From: Polyangia bacterium
GTDB lineage: Bacteria; Myxococcota_A; Polyangia; JAAYKL01
Direction: 5' to 3'
DNA length: 64,000 bases
NCBI GenBank assembly: GCA_046484285.1
Contig: JAWOBP010000098.1
Coordinates: 23,345 to 87,344 of the forward strand
Positions 41,701 to 49,624 of the stretch are shown here, in pieces (the stretch's first letter is position 1; every line of letters starts with the position of its first letter). The translations under genes were made by a program, and so were the position numbers. Under the pieces are notes generated by a model. The model saw only the letters and a program-made list of their open reading frames with translations, was not told the origin of the DNA and made no database searches.

Positions 41701-43164
41701 CAGACAGCTTTCGCCGTCGGCCTTGGCCGCGGTGCAGACCTCGTCGATGCAGATGCTGTCGCCCACGCACTCGCTGCTGTCGAAACACTCCATCAGGCAC
41801 GACATCTCGTCGGCGCAAACGAAGCTGCCGCAGGTGCTCTCCTCCGGGGCGCAGCTCCCTTCGCCGTCGCAGAGGTACTCGGTGTAAATGCTGGCGTCCG
41901 GCTCGTTGTCGACGCAGGTCGGGTCGCCGCAGAAGTACTCGGTGCCGCGCAGCTCGCACTCCCCGGTGCCGCTGCAAAAGCCGGTCAGACCGCAACCCAA
42001 CGGATCTTCGTCCTCCGTGCAGTCCTCGGCGTAGTCCTCGCCGTACGGCACGTTCACGCACTCGGCCTCCGGACCGCAGACGTAGCAGACGGGGCAATCG
42101 TTGCGCTCGTCGGTGTTCTCCGGGACCTGCGTGCAGAGCCCCTCGTTGCCGGCGACGTCGCAGGCGTGGCACAGCTCCTCGCAGGCGTTCTCGCAGCAGA
42201 CGCCGTCGACGCAGAAACCGCTTGCGCACTCGCTGTTCAGGTAGCACTCCTCCCCGTCGGTCAACGCGCCGGTGCAGACCCCGTCCTCGCAGGTGAAGCC
42301 ACTCGTGCAGTCTTCCTCGTCGATGCAGGTCTCCAGGCAGGCGTCCAGGTCCGCGTTGCAGGAAAACCCGCCGCAGGTGTGAGAGTCCTCCACGCAGGTC
42401 CCCGCGCCGTCGCAGAGGTGCTCGCTCAGCATCGAGTAGCCGTCCGAGACGTCCGAGCAAAACGCGTCCCCGCAGATCGTGCCGGACGGGTACATGGCGC
42501 AGGCGCCCGACCCGTTGCACATCCCGGTCAGCCCGCAGGTCTCCGGATCCTCCTGGGCGCAGTCCTCCATCGGGTCGGCGCCGTTGGCGACCAGAACGCA
42601 GCCGCCGGCTCCGTTGCAGACCCGGCAGGTATCGCAATCATCCTCGGGGTCGTTTCCGTAAACGTAGTCGGTGCAGATGCCCTCGAAACCCGGCTCGCCG
42701 CAGCTCTGGCAAGGGCCGTCGCAGGCGGTGTCGCAGCACCAGCCGTCCACGCAGAGATCTGGCGATCCGCACAGCTCTTCGGCGTTGGTCTCGTCGCAAG
42801 CGATCGGGCCCGAACCGGTCCCGGTGCCCGTGTCGGTATCGGTATCGGTGTCGGTGTCGGTATCCGTGTCCGTATCGGTGTCGGTGTCGGTGTCGGTATC
42901 GGTATCGGTGTCGGTGTCGGTGTCGGTGTCGGTATCAGCGTCAATATCCGTATCCGTATCGGCATCTGTATCCGTATCGGTGTCGGCATCAGCATCCGTG
43001 TCCACGTCGGTATCCGTGTCCGCGTCGCTGTCGGCGTCGGTATCCGCGTCACTGCTGGTATCGTCCTCGGCCTCCGGGACGATCAACGAGCAACCGCAGG
43101 ACAGACCGACGGCCAGCGAGCACACCGCGACCCATGCAAAGAGGTTCTTGAACATCGATACCAT
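35734..43164 (-). CDS. Giant surface lipoprotein (2,476 aa): leader-CGCS, (DT)n stalk, >=6 tandem ~180-aa Cys-rich modules, ~27/61-aa 4-Cys repeats, two beta-helix domains, C-terminal PPWYDIGALEYHNW
   Basis: Leader ...[15 protein letters not shown]. Repeated module ESC..ECxSGxCVDxVCCxxxCxGxCxxCDxxGxEGxCT.... Tandem 4-Cys repeats (SCGDGPTECSGQDTCDGAGTCQ...). Beta-helix starts CIVYVDQLATGANDGKSWADAY and CIVYVDRNASGANNGTSWADAY. Confidence 0.75.
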   Translation of the reverse strand: MVSMFKNLFAWVAVCSLAVGLSCGCSLIVPEAEDDTSSDADTDADSDADTDTDVDTDADADTDTDTDADTDTDIDADTDTDTDTDTDTDTDTDTDTDTDTDTDTDTDTDTDTGTGTGSGPIACDETNAEELCGSPDLCVDGWCCDTACDGPCQSCGEPGFEGICTDYVYGNDPEDDCDTCRVCNGAGGCVLVANGADPMEDCAQEDPETCGLTGMCNGSGACAMYPSGTICGDAFCSDVSDGYSMLSEHLCDGAGTCVEDSHTCGGFSCNADLDACLETCIDEEDCTSGFTCEDGVCTGALTDGEECYLNSECASGFCVDGVCCENACEELCHACDVAGNEGLCTQVPENTDERNDCPVCYVCGPEAECVNVPYGEDYAEDCTEDEDPLGCGLTGFCSGTGECELRGTEYFCGDPTCVDNEPDASIYTEYLCDGEGSCAPEESTCGSFVCADEMSCLMECFDSSECVGDSICIDEVCTAAKADGESCLYDYECDSGNCVDDVCCGSACDGACERCDIEGFEGVCTYVLDDSDPDDDCPTCEVCVSGACAPALEGTDPANDCSPGADGECSTTGDCDGASACELRGSDYQCGTTCLDAAEAPLYCDGTLGGCTIMGTYEPCPNDYACATEEVCAATCVDDFDCADGYFCDPGGSCLPLVVLGESCLESYECDSGLCVDDVCCDGDCAGLCESCALAGSEGYCTAIPAGEDPDDECEVCEACSASQLCEPLDGVLEPNGACSDASDCGHTGTCISGACQYVAPDTPCGDPICDSTDPQNPVFTSYYCDGSGTCVEDIGACGGYQCADDSSCQQSCSADECAEGYYCEAGVCTADLVLGSECSLSSECESGLCVDDHCCESECTGECMTCDNSDGLCLPEADGTVGFHGATYSDPDCAGSCQVCNSSGACRAVVATDGEGETLGDPKNDCTENPDPTSCGRTGVCADGLGYCERYGPETLCDTTCEIGGDELVYDWHCSGGQTSTCTQDASGTECAGHLTCADEESCLSTCSVNADCQPSTDYWCDGGTCVAKYALGTTCTSGSQCASGICKDGVCCDGSCGGLCEACDLAGSEGYCTPIAAGDDPDGECEDNLWCNGADTCDGNGACQHEFAGGTRCEGGGECNDTCDEQNDDCFTSSGTDCGDGPAECSGQDTCDGAGTCQPNHFETTTVCREAAGDCDVAETCTGSSDTCPADEYELGTVVCREAAGECDVAETCTGSGPDCPVDEFESVGTGCGDPGDSECDNPDTCDGAGTCLDNLEPSSTTCGDTGTECTNQDYCDGSGSCQDYGFVSDGTSCGDGPTECSGQDTCDGAGTCQPNDFDSSVTCGDDGTECINQDYCDGSGSCQDYGFVSDGTSCGDGPTECSGQDTCDGAGTCQTNDYGTSTTCGDTGTDCINQDYCDGSGSCTDNGYAAYGTSCGSSSDTQCDDPDFCDGNGVCLDNYEPNGTGCDDNQWCTWTDECDGNGSCVGSGDTCLNGGTCEEPTDTCDCSAVPNYYGTYCEQCIVYVDQLATGANDGKSWADAYNDLENAIIYADNQDPPCEIWVAEGRYAVSSFSSYTVEMRSGVKLYGGFAGWETSFADRDSKANLTLLDGFGAVDHVVSCTSSTGCDSESVLSGFVITGGYADGASPDWDGGGIYIDTSHSPLFAQNVISENKAFHSGGGVYVAGGSPDFDNCVIAANEIVNNSSDLSGGGLFVNSYGSVHVTNTVFAGNTGDYYGGGAYLVGYASFENCTFVGNHVRDNHGGGISCYDATADIKNCTFFANEAYGGGAIRVNGSSSVFTIDNTIMWGDVATGGTDPEIMHSGGTIELNWSDVAGGCGTCSGGTGMLDTDPLFYLDAEPLLTATGQWERVYYLPEVGQTVLRDEDRPRVAGSLSHMYVKPRDTDARFLPIASNDGYEIRVWGDLTDFVTAGDSYQLVDLRLSSTSPLIDVGCDSCGGTGSPDYDIRGEPRYDMPGDGYSGRITDQGAFEAEDDCIVYVDRNASGANNGTSWADAYNDNTTGIQTALDDASNQSSSASKGYCEVWVAGGTYYLYDSNSFNTIHLRDNVHMTGGFDGTETSVRQSDHYGNTTSLFGQQDGNSSNRVYHALTCDSSCGPGTVLRGVRVYYGEADYSTQDSIYRYGGGFYLYNTSPDLQHVYFRFCNAQERGGAAYIYGASANPRFFDLDFYYNAVENSDNDDGVLEGGGAVYVSDTSAVFEYSSFQYCNADRYGGAVVVSGSDAYSSFDHCEFQNNSVANSTDFMYGGAIAVEGGAIDISNSLFASNWAADSDPGVDCSAASPTDPDGLGGALYFEGNSSDYVDATIENTIFDDNRADYYGASYSYYSYVDMINCTFYSNCAYYYGCGRLNVGNLDVLNSVFFDNTAIKDYPNFYPNASSTHVDCSYVDSTWSGYTYGYCSYGNYDSGDDASPLVDPANGDFHLDGSSCTCIDSAYGTGAPAFDYEDTPRESVGCADDGAGDPPWYDIGALEYHNW
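39044..39410. repeat. Intragenic near-identical 183-bp tandem duplication (two copies plus a diverged third upstream)
   Basis: 39044-39226 and 39227-39409 differ at only a handful of positions (e.g. gccgtc/gccatc, ggatcc/ggaacc). Encodes duplicated 61-aa 4-Cys modules. Confidence 0.8.
42815..43065. repeat. Hexanucleotide microsatellite encoding (DT/DA/DI)n stalk
   Basis: Direct reading of 42811-43070. Confidence 0.9.
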
Positions 43165-43284
43165 CTCCTTGTCGATTGATGCGCTTTTCTAAATGCGTCC
43201 AATTTTTTGAATTCTAGTGGAATATGGGAGAGCTAACAATAGGGTCGTCGTTTGTTGAATAATGTCCACGAGTTTGGAAAAGAA
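43165..43284. promoter_or_regulatory. AT-rich putative promoter region for the giant-lipoprotein array
   Basis: GC drops sharply (ttttctaaatgcgtccaattttttgaattctagtggaatatggg) immediately upstream of the 35734-43164 gene start. Confidence 0.35.
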
Positions 43285-43857
43285 TCAAAGAGAGTCCAGG
43301 ACAACTCTTCTTCGCTGCAGGAACTCCTCGCGCGTGATCAGCCCGCGGTAGTAAAGGGATTGGAGCTCCCGCAGGCGCGAGGCGGAATCTTCTTCTTCTC
43401 CCGATCCCGCCTCTTCCGGCAGGCGCGCCAGCGCTCCCTCCCAGACCACCTGGTACCGACCGCGCGCCAGAGTGCAGGTGAAGGTGGTGTCGTCGCAGGC
43501 GGTCTCTCCGTTCCACGTGGCCCTGATGTTGACCACTGCTTCCGCCCGATGGCGGGTGGCGATCAGCTGCAGGCGGCGCAGACCTTCTATCCCGGCCCGG
43601 CGACAGCCTCCCGCATCCGCGGGAGCCGCGCCGCGCGCACGGATCGGACGCAGCACCTCTGTCCCGCTAGGCGGGCTTTGCGGCGCGAAGTAGAGCTGGA
43701 CCGGGAGGTCGTCGAAGACCGCGGTGTCGTTCTCGCCGGCCCGCGGGTAGGCGACCGCGACGTGCTTGGGAGCGGCCGGAGAACGGCGCGACGATCCGCA
43801 GCCGGCGATCACCGCGATTGCGATCGGCAAAAAGAAACTGGCAAACGGGAATCGCAT
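43285..43857 (-). CDS. Lipoprotein with C-terminal SHOCT domain
   Basis: Lipobox IAGC. C-terminus LRELQSLYYRGLITREEFLQRRRVVL matches the SHOCT short C-terminal motif. Confidence 0.6.
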   Translation of the reverse strand: MRFPFASFFLPIAIAVIAGCGSSRRSPAAPKHVAVAYPRAGENDTAVFDDLPVQLYFAPQSPPSGTEVLRPIRARGAAPADAGGCRRAGIEGLRRLQLIATRHRAEAVVNIRATWNGETACDDTTFTCTLARGRYQVVWEGALARLPEEAGSGEEEDSASRLRELQSLYYRGLITREEFLQRRRVVLDSL

Positions 43858-43870
43858 GGTTCGAGTGATT

Positions 43871-44821
43871 CTACGCAGTTCCCTCGGGAAAGGCGACGAC
43901 TTCGTCGATGCTCTCGGCGCAGGTCAGCAGCATCACCAGCCGATCCAGGCCGAGCGCGATTCCGGCGCAGGGAGCCAGGCCCAGCTCGAGAGCTGCGAGG
44001 AAACGTTCGTCGAGAGGGTAGACGTCTTTGCCCGCCTTCTTGCGTGCGGTTCGCTCGGCGACAAAACGGCCGCGCTGCTCGGCCGGGTCGGTCAGCTCGC
44101 CGAAGCCGTTGGCCAGCTCCAGACCGCCGGCGTAGAGCTCGAAACGTTCGGCCGTGTCCGGTTCTTCCGGACAGATCCGGGCCAGCGATGCCATCGCGGC
44201 CGGGTAGCGATCGAGAAAGACCGGTCGATCGGCGGGGAGGCTCGGCTCGACTCTCTCCACCAGGTCCCGTTCGAACCTGGAGGGATCGGGATCGGCGCCC
44301 GGTCGCCAGCCCGCAGCGCGCTCGAAGGCGCCCGCGACCTCGATCCGCTCGAACGGCGCGGAAAGGTCGATGCGGAATCCGTAGCGCTCCACTAATGGGA
44401 AAGAGCCCGTGGCCTCGGCCCCGGCGTGCAGCAGCTCCTCGCAATCGCGCATCAGATCCCGAGGTCCACCTCCGGCGCGGTACCACTCCAGCATCGTGAA
44501 CTCGGGGAGGTGACGGTCTCCCCGCTCGCCGCGACGGAAGCAGCGACAGATCTGAAAGATGCGCTCGTATCCGGCCGCCAGCAGCCGTTTCATCTGGAGC
44601 TCCGGCGAGGCGATCAGGTAACGGTCGCCGCACGGCTCGGCGTCGATGTGGATCTCGGGAGCCGGCGCCGGGATGCGGATCGGGGTTTCCACCTCGAGAA
44701 ATCCGTTGGTCGCGAACCAGTCTCGGATCGCGGCGAAGATGCGGGCTCGTGCCTCCAGCCTCTCGCGCAACGAGGCCAGCCTGCGGCGGTCGTACGGCTC
44801 GTGTCGAGTGCGCTCGCTCAT
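43871..44821 (-). CDS. epmA: Elongation factor P--(R)-beta-lysine ligase (truncated class II LysRS paralog, EpmA/GenX/PoxA)
   Basis: 316 aa. RIFAAIRDWFATNGFLEVETP, class II motifs FRRGERGDRHLPEFTMLEWY and GIALGLDRLVMLL. Start trimmed to Met at 44821; the upstream part of ORF 43871-46516 is the shadow of the opposite-strand gene. Confidence 0.8.
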   Translation of the reverse strand: MSERTRHEPYDRRRLASLRERLEARARIFAAIRDWFATNGFLEVETPIRIPAPAPEIHIDAEPCGDRYLIASPELQMKRLLAAGYERIFQICRCFRRGERGDRHLPEFTMLEWYRAGGGPRDLMRDCEELLHAGAEATGSFPLVERYGFRIDLSAPFERIEVAGAFERAAGWRPGADPDPSRFERDLVERVEPSLPADRPVFLDRYPAAMASLARICPEEPDTAERFELYAGGLELANGFGELTDPAEQRGRFVAERTARKKAGKDVYPLDERFLAALELGLAPCAGIALGLDRLVMLLTCAESIDEVVAFPEGTA

Positions 44822-44869
44822 CGAACTGGCCTCCTTGCGCGCCTGAAGTGAACCACATACACTCCCGCC

Positions 44870-47053
44870 ATGCTGCGCTGCAACCACGTGATTGTTCTGT
44901 CGCTCGCCTGCTGCGTCTGTGCCGCCTGCGGCGGAGCTTCGCCTCCGGCCGTCGTCGAGCCGGACAGCAGGGACGAACGGGATCTGGAGCCGCTCGATCT
45001 GCCGGAGAGCATTCGGCCGCAAGAGGTCGCGCGCTGGGAGAAGCGCCTGCTGCTGCTGCCCCAGCGGCATCCTTCGCGGCGGCCTCTGCGCGACCTGTTG
45101 GCGGAGCACCATGCGCGCGAGTTCTCCTCGACGCCCGCAGAGGAGATCGATGAGCGCCTCGAGGTGTTCCACGATGCGATCGCGCTCAACGCGCCGGTGG
45201 ACTTCCAGTCCCGGGAGGTGAGCCGGGCGGTGGTACCGATGGCGCGCTGGCTGGTCGAGGTCTTCCGGCAGCGCGGAAACGAGTCGCTGGTGCTGGCCGG
45301 TCACCGCTACCTGATGCTCGCCGAGCCGGACGACGTGCGCCACGAGCAGCGCTATCGAGAGCTGTCCGAGTGGTCCGAGTCCGCGCGCCGGGTGATCGAG
45401 GACGACATGGAGCGGCTGACCTCCCTGATCAACATGTACGAGGGGATGGTGCGACTCGTTCCCGATCGCGAGGTGGTGGATCGCCTCGGCGAGCTGCTGC
45501 TCCAGAGGCACGCCGTGCTGCTCTCGCGTCTGGAGCAGGTCGAGAGGAGCAGCGGCGGCGTGCCCGCCTTCCTGCTGCGAGCCGTGCTGCAGGAGGGCGG
45601 AATGGCCAAGGACATGATCCACATCTACTTCCTGGCCGGCGACACCGCCGGTGCGCTCGGCAGGATGCGCGAGCTCTCCGAACGTTCCGAGGTCGGTGGT
45701 GAATACGTGGATCTGCTCGAGGACATCGAGGCCGAGCGCGATGTCGCGGAGAACTACTTCGCGCTGGCCGGGCTGATCGGGGCAGACGATCCCCGCGCCG
45801 GGCTGCGCGCCTGCGTGCTGGCCCGCGCCGGGGACGAAGAGGATCCGCGTTACCCGCTTTGCGCCGGACGCTTCCTCGAGCGACTGGACCGCTACGAGTG
45901 CGCGGTGGATTTCTACGTGGAGGCGGCGCGGATCTCGCCCGCCGAGGAGGTCGTGACGCAGGCGATGGAGCTCGTGCGCGTGGCGATGTACGAGCTGCAC
46001 CGCAGGCAGGATTTCGAGGCTTCGCGACGCGTCGTGAATGTGGCCGACGAGCTGGTGGAGCGCTCCATGAAAAGCGGGCAGGTCGAGAGCGAGGAGCTGC
46101 GCGCCGCCTCGGCCTCTCTGTTGTTCACCGCCGGGGAGGTGGAGTTCGACAACGGCTACATCGAACGGGCCGAAAAGCTCTTCGAGCGAACGCGCCGGCT
46201 GTGGCCCGAGATGGTCTTGTCGGTGATGAAGATCGCGCGCATCAGGCACCTCAGAGGGGAGAACGACAGAGCGGTCGAGCTGATCGACGAGGCGCTCGAG
46301 ATGGAGGACTACGCTCCTGGAGGCGATCCCTCCTACTGGCGGGCTCTGCTCTACGAGCGGCGGGGCGGCTGCCGGGTCGACGCCGGCGAGGAGGATCTGG
46401 CCAGGTCGGATTTCGAGCAGGCGCTCGCCGAGTGGAAGACCGCGACGATTCCGGCCTCCCAGGAGCCGGAGGCGGCGGTGCGACAGGGGGTGCTGCACGA
46501 CGAGCTGGGCGACCACGAGGCTTCCGAGCAGTCGTTTCGTCGGGCCGTCCGCCTAGATCCGGACCGCCAGGCGACCTACGCGGAGGTCATCTCCCATCTG
46601 GTGATGAGCGAACGCCTCGAGGACGCCAAGGCGTTCTACCGGCTGGCCTACAACCAGGACCAGATCGAGGCGATGTGGAAGATCTACTACTCGCTGTGGG
46701 TCGAGGGGTTGGCGCTGAGGAAGAGCGGCGAATCGTTCGATCTGGCGCGGGGATACCTCGAGCAGAGCGACGGCGAGAGCTGGCAGGATCAGTTGGCTCG
46801 GCAGTTCACCGGGAGAATCTCGGCGGAGGAGTTGCGAGCCGGGGCAGTGAACAAGGGGGAGCTGGCCGAGGCGGATTTCTACGTCGCTCTGAGGTTACTG
46901 GCCGAGGGAGGGGATGAGAAGCGCGCCAGAACGCTGCTGAGGAGCGTCCTGGAATCCGACCTGATGGGGTTTTTCGAGTACAAGATGGCCCGCGGCCTGC
47001 TGGGTCCAGACGGTCTTTCCGGTGGGGACTTCCGGCGCGGCGAATCGAAATGA
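44870..47053 (+). CDS. Lipoprotein with TPR-like helical repeats
   Basis: Lipobox ACG/AACGG. Helical repeat content. No catalytic motifs. Confidence 0.5.
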   Translation: MLRCNHVIVLSLACCVCAACGGASPPAVVEPDSRDERDLEPLDLPESIRPQEVARWEKRLLLLPQRHPSRRPLRDLLAEHHAREFSSTPAEEIDERLEVFHDAIALNAPVDFQSREVSRAVVPMARWLVEVFRQRGNESLVLAGHRYLMLAEPDDVRHEQRYRELSEWSESARRVIEDDMERLTSLINMYEGMVRLVPDREVVDRLGELLLQRHAVLLSRLEQVERSSGGVPAFLLRAVLQEGGMAKDMIHIYFLAGDTAGALGRMRELSERSEVGGEYVDLLEDIEAERDVAENYFALAGLIGADDPRAGLRACVLARAGDEEDPRYPLCAGRFLERLDRYECAVDFYVEAARISPAEEVVTQAMELVRVAMYELHRRQDFEASRRVVNVADELVERSMKSGQVESEELRAASASLLFTAGEVEFDNGYIERAEKLFERTRRLWPEMVLSVMKIARIRHLRGENDRAVELIDEALEMEDYAPGGDPSYWRALLYERRGGCRVDAGEEDLARSDFEQALAEWKTATIPASQEPEAAVRQGVLHDELGDHEASEQSFRRAVRLDPDRQATYAEVISHLVMSERLEDAKAFYRLAYNQDQIEAMWKIYYSLWVEGLALRKSGESFDLARGYLEQSDGESWQDQLARQFTGRISAEELRAGAVNKGELAEADFYVALRLLAEGGDEKRARTLLRSVLESDLMGFFEYKMARGLLGPDGLSGGDFRRGESK

Positions 47054-47089
47054 CGAGCGGTTCGTTCTTCCGCTCGAACGGATTGAGCC

Positions 47090-48382
47090 ATGACGGCGAA
47101 ACGCGATCCGATCGTGATTCTGGGCGCGGGGCTGGCCGGATTGTCGGCGGCTTTGCGCGCACGGCGGGGATATCGCCTGTTCGAGCGGAGGGAGACAGTC
47201 GGCGGGCTTTCGGAAACCGTGGAGGAGGGGGGCTTTCGCTTCGACCGCACGGGTCATTTGTTGCACCTCTCGCAGCCGCGCGCGTTGCGCTTGGTGCGCC
47301 GCATGATCGAAGACGAACTGCTGGAGATCGAGCGGCGGTCGAGGATCTGGTCGCACGGGGTGTACACGCGCTATCCGTTTCAGGCCAACCTCGACGGCTT
47401 GCCGCCCGAAATCGCGGCCGAGTGCCTGGAGGGCTTCGTGCGAGCCTGGGCCGCTCGCGGAGGAAAGCGGGTCGACTCTCGGCGTTTCGACGAGTTCGCG
47501 CGCGCCAACTTCGGCGAGGGCATCGCGCGGCATTTCATGGTTCCCTACAACCGCAAGCTGTGGGGCGTGGATCCGGCGGAGATCACCGACGCGTGGTGCG
47601 ACAGGTTCGTGCCCGTGCCCGAGCTGCGAGAGGTGATCGGCGGAGCGGTGGGCCTGGCGCAGGAAGGGATGGGGTACAACGCGGTCTTCTACTACCCGCG
47701 CGGCGGAATCGGTCGTCTCGCCGACGAGATGGCGCGCCAAGCGGGCAGGATCGAAACGGGTCGCGCCTGCACGGCCGTCGATTTCAAAGGGCGGCGCGTC
47801 CGCGTAGGAGGGAGCTGGGAGCCTTACCGAGCGCTGATCTCCTCGCTTCCGCTCGACCGGTTGATCGGCTCGCTAGTCGATCCTCCGCAGCGAATAGCCG
47901 CGGCCGGGCGAGCTCTTCGCTGCGCCGGGCTGCGTTACCTGGACATCGCGCTCGAGCGACCCCCTGGAACCTCGCATCACTGGTGCTACGCTCCGGAGCG
48001 GCGTTACCCGTTCTACCGGGTGGGCGCCTACTCTGAATTTTCTGATCGGATGGCTCCTCCGGGCAAGGGAGCTTTGTACGTGGAGCTGGCCTCGCGTAGC
48101 CCCGTGGATCTCGGCAGGCTTAGGCCCCGGCTGATTTCGGGGCTTGTCGAAATGGGTCTGATCGAAAGCGAGGCGGACATCAGTTTCGTGCGGCCGCGCT
48201 GGATCGGCCGAGCCTACGTACTTTACGATGCTCGGTATCGTTCGGCCAGGGACGAGCTGATCGAGTGGCTGGAGAAGCGCGGCATCTTCCCGGTGGGGCG
48301 CTACGGGCGCTGGGAGTACGCGGCGATGGAGGACGCGCTGGTGCAGGGGATGGATGCGGCGGATCGCGCACGGGAAGAGTAG
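47090..48382 (+). CDS. FAD/NAD(P)-binding oxidoreductase (amine-oxidase / protoporphyrinogen-oxidase-like fold)
   Basis: Dinucleotide-binding motif IVILGAGLAGLSAA...E. C-terminal FPVGRYGRWEY. Confidence 0.65.
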   Translation: MTAKRDPIVILGAGLAGLSAALRARRGYRLFERRETVGGLSETVEEGGFRFDRTGHLLHLSQPRALRLVRRMIEDELLEIERRSRIWSHGVYTRYPFQANLDGLPPEIAAECLEGFVRAWAARGGKRVDSRRFDEFARANFGEGIARHFMVPYNRKLWGVDPAEITDAWCDRFVPVPELREVIGGAVGLAQEGMGYNAVFYYPRGGIGRLADEMARQAGRIETGRACTAVDFKGRRVRVGGSWEPYRALISSLPLDRLIGSLVDPPQRIAAAGRALRCAGLRYLDIALERPPGTSHHWCYAPERRYPFYRVGAYSEFSDRMAPPGKGALYVELASRSPVDLGRLRPRLISGLVEMGLIESEADISFVRPRWIGRAYVLYDARYRSARDELIEWLEKRGIFPVGRYGRWEYAAMEDALVQGMDAADRAREE

Positions 48383-48401
48383 TCATGGCGGCGCGACGGA
48401 G

Positions 48402-49130
48402 ATGAGAGTGATGGAGCGAGACCAGAGCGTCGATATCTCGGTGGTGATTCCGATCCACAACGAGGAAGAGATTCTGCGCGGCGCAGTGCGCGAGCTGGCA
48501 GGAGAGCTGTCGCGCCAGGAGAGGAGCTGGGAGATCGTGCTGGCCGAAAACGGCAGCACCGATCGCACCGCCGAGCTGGCCCGTGAGATCTGCGACGAGA
48601 TCGGAGGGGTGCGGCACATCTCGGCACCGAGGCCGGACTACGGGTTGGCGTTGCGACAAGGCATCGAGATCGCGCGTGGAAGGATTGTGGCTTGCGACGA
48701 GATCGACATCTGCGATGTCGGTTTCCACCTGCGCGCGGTGGAGATGCTGGACCGAGGGGAGGCGGAGATGGTGGTGGGATCCAAGGCGATGCCAGGCGCC
48801 GAAGATCGACGACCTCTGGGGCGTCGCGCCGCAACTCTCGTGATCAACGGAATGCTGAGAGCGCTGCTCGGTTTTCGCGGCACGGATACGCACGGGCTCA
48901 AGGCGTTCAGGCGCGAGGCGTTGCTCCCGGTGGTCGAGTCCTGCATCGTGGGTAGAGACCTGTTTGCCTCCGAGTTCGTTATCCGCGCTCAGCGGGAGGG
49001 GTTGCGAGTCGTCGAAATCCCGGTCGCGATTGCGGAGAAGCGGGCGCCGTCGATCAATCTCAAACGCAGAGTGCCTGCGGTGATAATGGGCCTGACCCGC
49101 CTGTTCGTCGCGATTCGCCTGGGGCGCTAG
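48402..49130 (+). CDS. Family 2 glycosyltransferase (polyprenyl-phosphate sugar transferase-like)
   Basis: ISVVIPIHNEEE, DEIDICD (DxD) and GSKAMPG motifs. Start uncertain (48354, 48402 or 48411). Confidence 0.7.
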   Translation: MRVMERDQSVDISVVIPIHNEEEILRGAVRELAGELSRQERSWEIVLAENGSTDRTAELAREICDEIGGVRHISAPRPDYGLALRQGIEIARGRIVACDEIDICDVGFHLRAVEMLDRGEAEMVVGSKAMPGAEDRRPLGRRAATLVINGMLRALLGFRGTDTHGLKAFRREALLPVVESCIVGRDLFASEFVIRAQREGLRVVEIPVAIAEKRAPSINLKRRVPAVIMGLTRLFVAIRLGR

Positions 49131-49292
49131 TGCCTCGTCAACCCCACAATGCCGGGTCGGGCCGGCCCTCATCGACGATCCCTGCGTCACTCCTCCTCGA
49201 ATTGGCACCGCCAGTCCTTCGTCGTCGTTCCTTGGCCTCGCCGATGATCTCTCGCCCCGTACCCGAAATCGTCGGGTTGACGAGGCACTAGG
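49127..49292. repeat. 18-bp perfect inverted repeats (ctagtgcctcgtcaaccc) separated by 130 bp
   Basis: 49127-49144 versus the reverse complement at 49275-49292. Starts at the GT2 stop codon. Possible MITE-like insertion or structured RNA. Confidence 0.6.
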
Positions 49293-49329
49293 CGCCAACA
49301 CGGCCGGATCCGGATGAACCGGAAAAGAG

Positions 49330-49562
49330 CCCTCGTTGTGCCTGATCGAGAAAAGACCCCCGCCACCACTGGGTTGGAACTTGCCGCTCTTCCAAGAATA
49401 GAAGTTGTTCCCCCCGACCGCGCCGGCTCCGCAGAAGATCGCCTCCAGCAGCGTCGACTTGCCGCTGCCGTTGGGCCCGACGAAGATCGTCACCGGCGCC
49501 AGCTCCTCCACCCGGCCCTCGCGGATCCCGCGGAACCTCTCTATCTCTACGCTCTTCAACAT
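49330..49562 (-). pseudogene. N-terminal fragment of a P-loop (AAA_21/OLD-type-like) ATPase gene
   Basis: MLKSVEIERFRGIREGRVEELAPVTIFVGPNGSGKSTLLEAIF... (Walker A). The frame then degrades into Arg/His-rich shadow sequence of the GT2 gene. Lower boundary approximate. Confidence 0.35.
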
Positions 49563-49624
49563 GTCGGGAATCGGAATCTGCCGCGCGGCCGCGGGCAAGC
49601 CCGATCTGGGCGGGTCGATCCGCG

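Noticed and set aside
49127-49292. Inverted repeat as a Rho-independent terminator
   Set aside because: The 18-bp stem has a 130-nt loop and is followed by no U-tract. It is more consistent with a MITE-like element or structured RNA.
48180-49598. 472-aa minus-strand ORF as an intact ATPase
   Set aside because: Only the first ~60-90 residues look like a P-loop ATPase. The remainder is shadow frame of the GT2 gene (His/Arg-rich). Retained only as a possible gene fragment.
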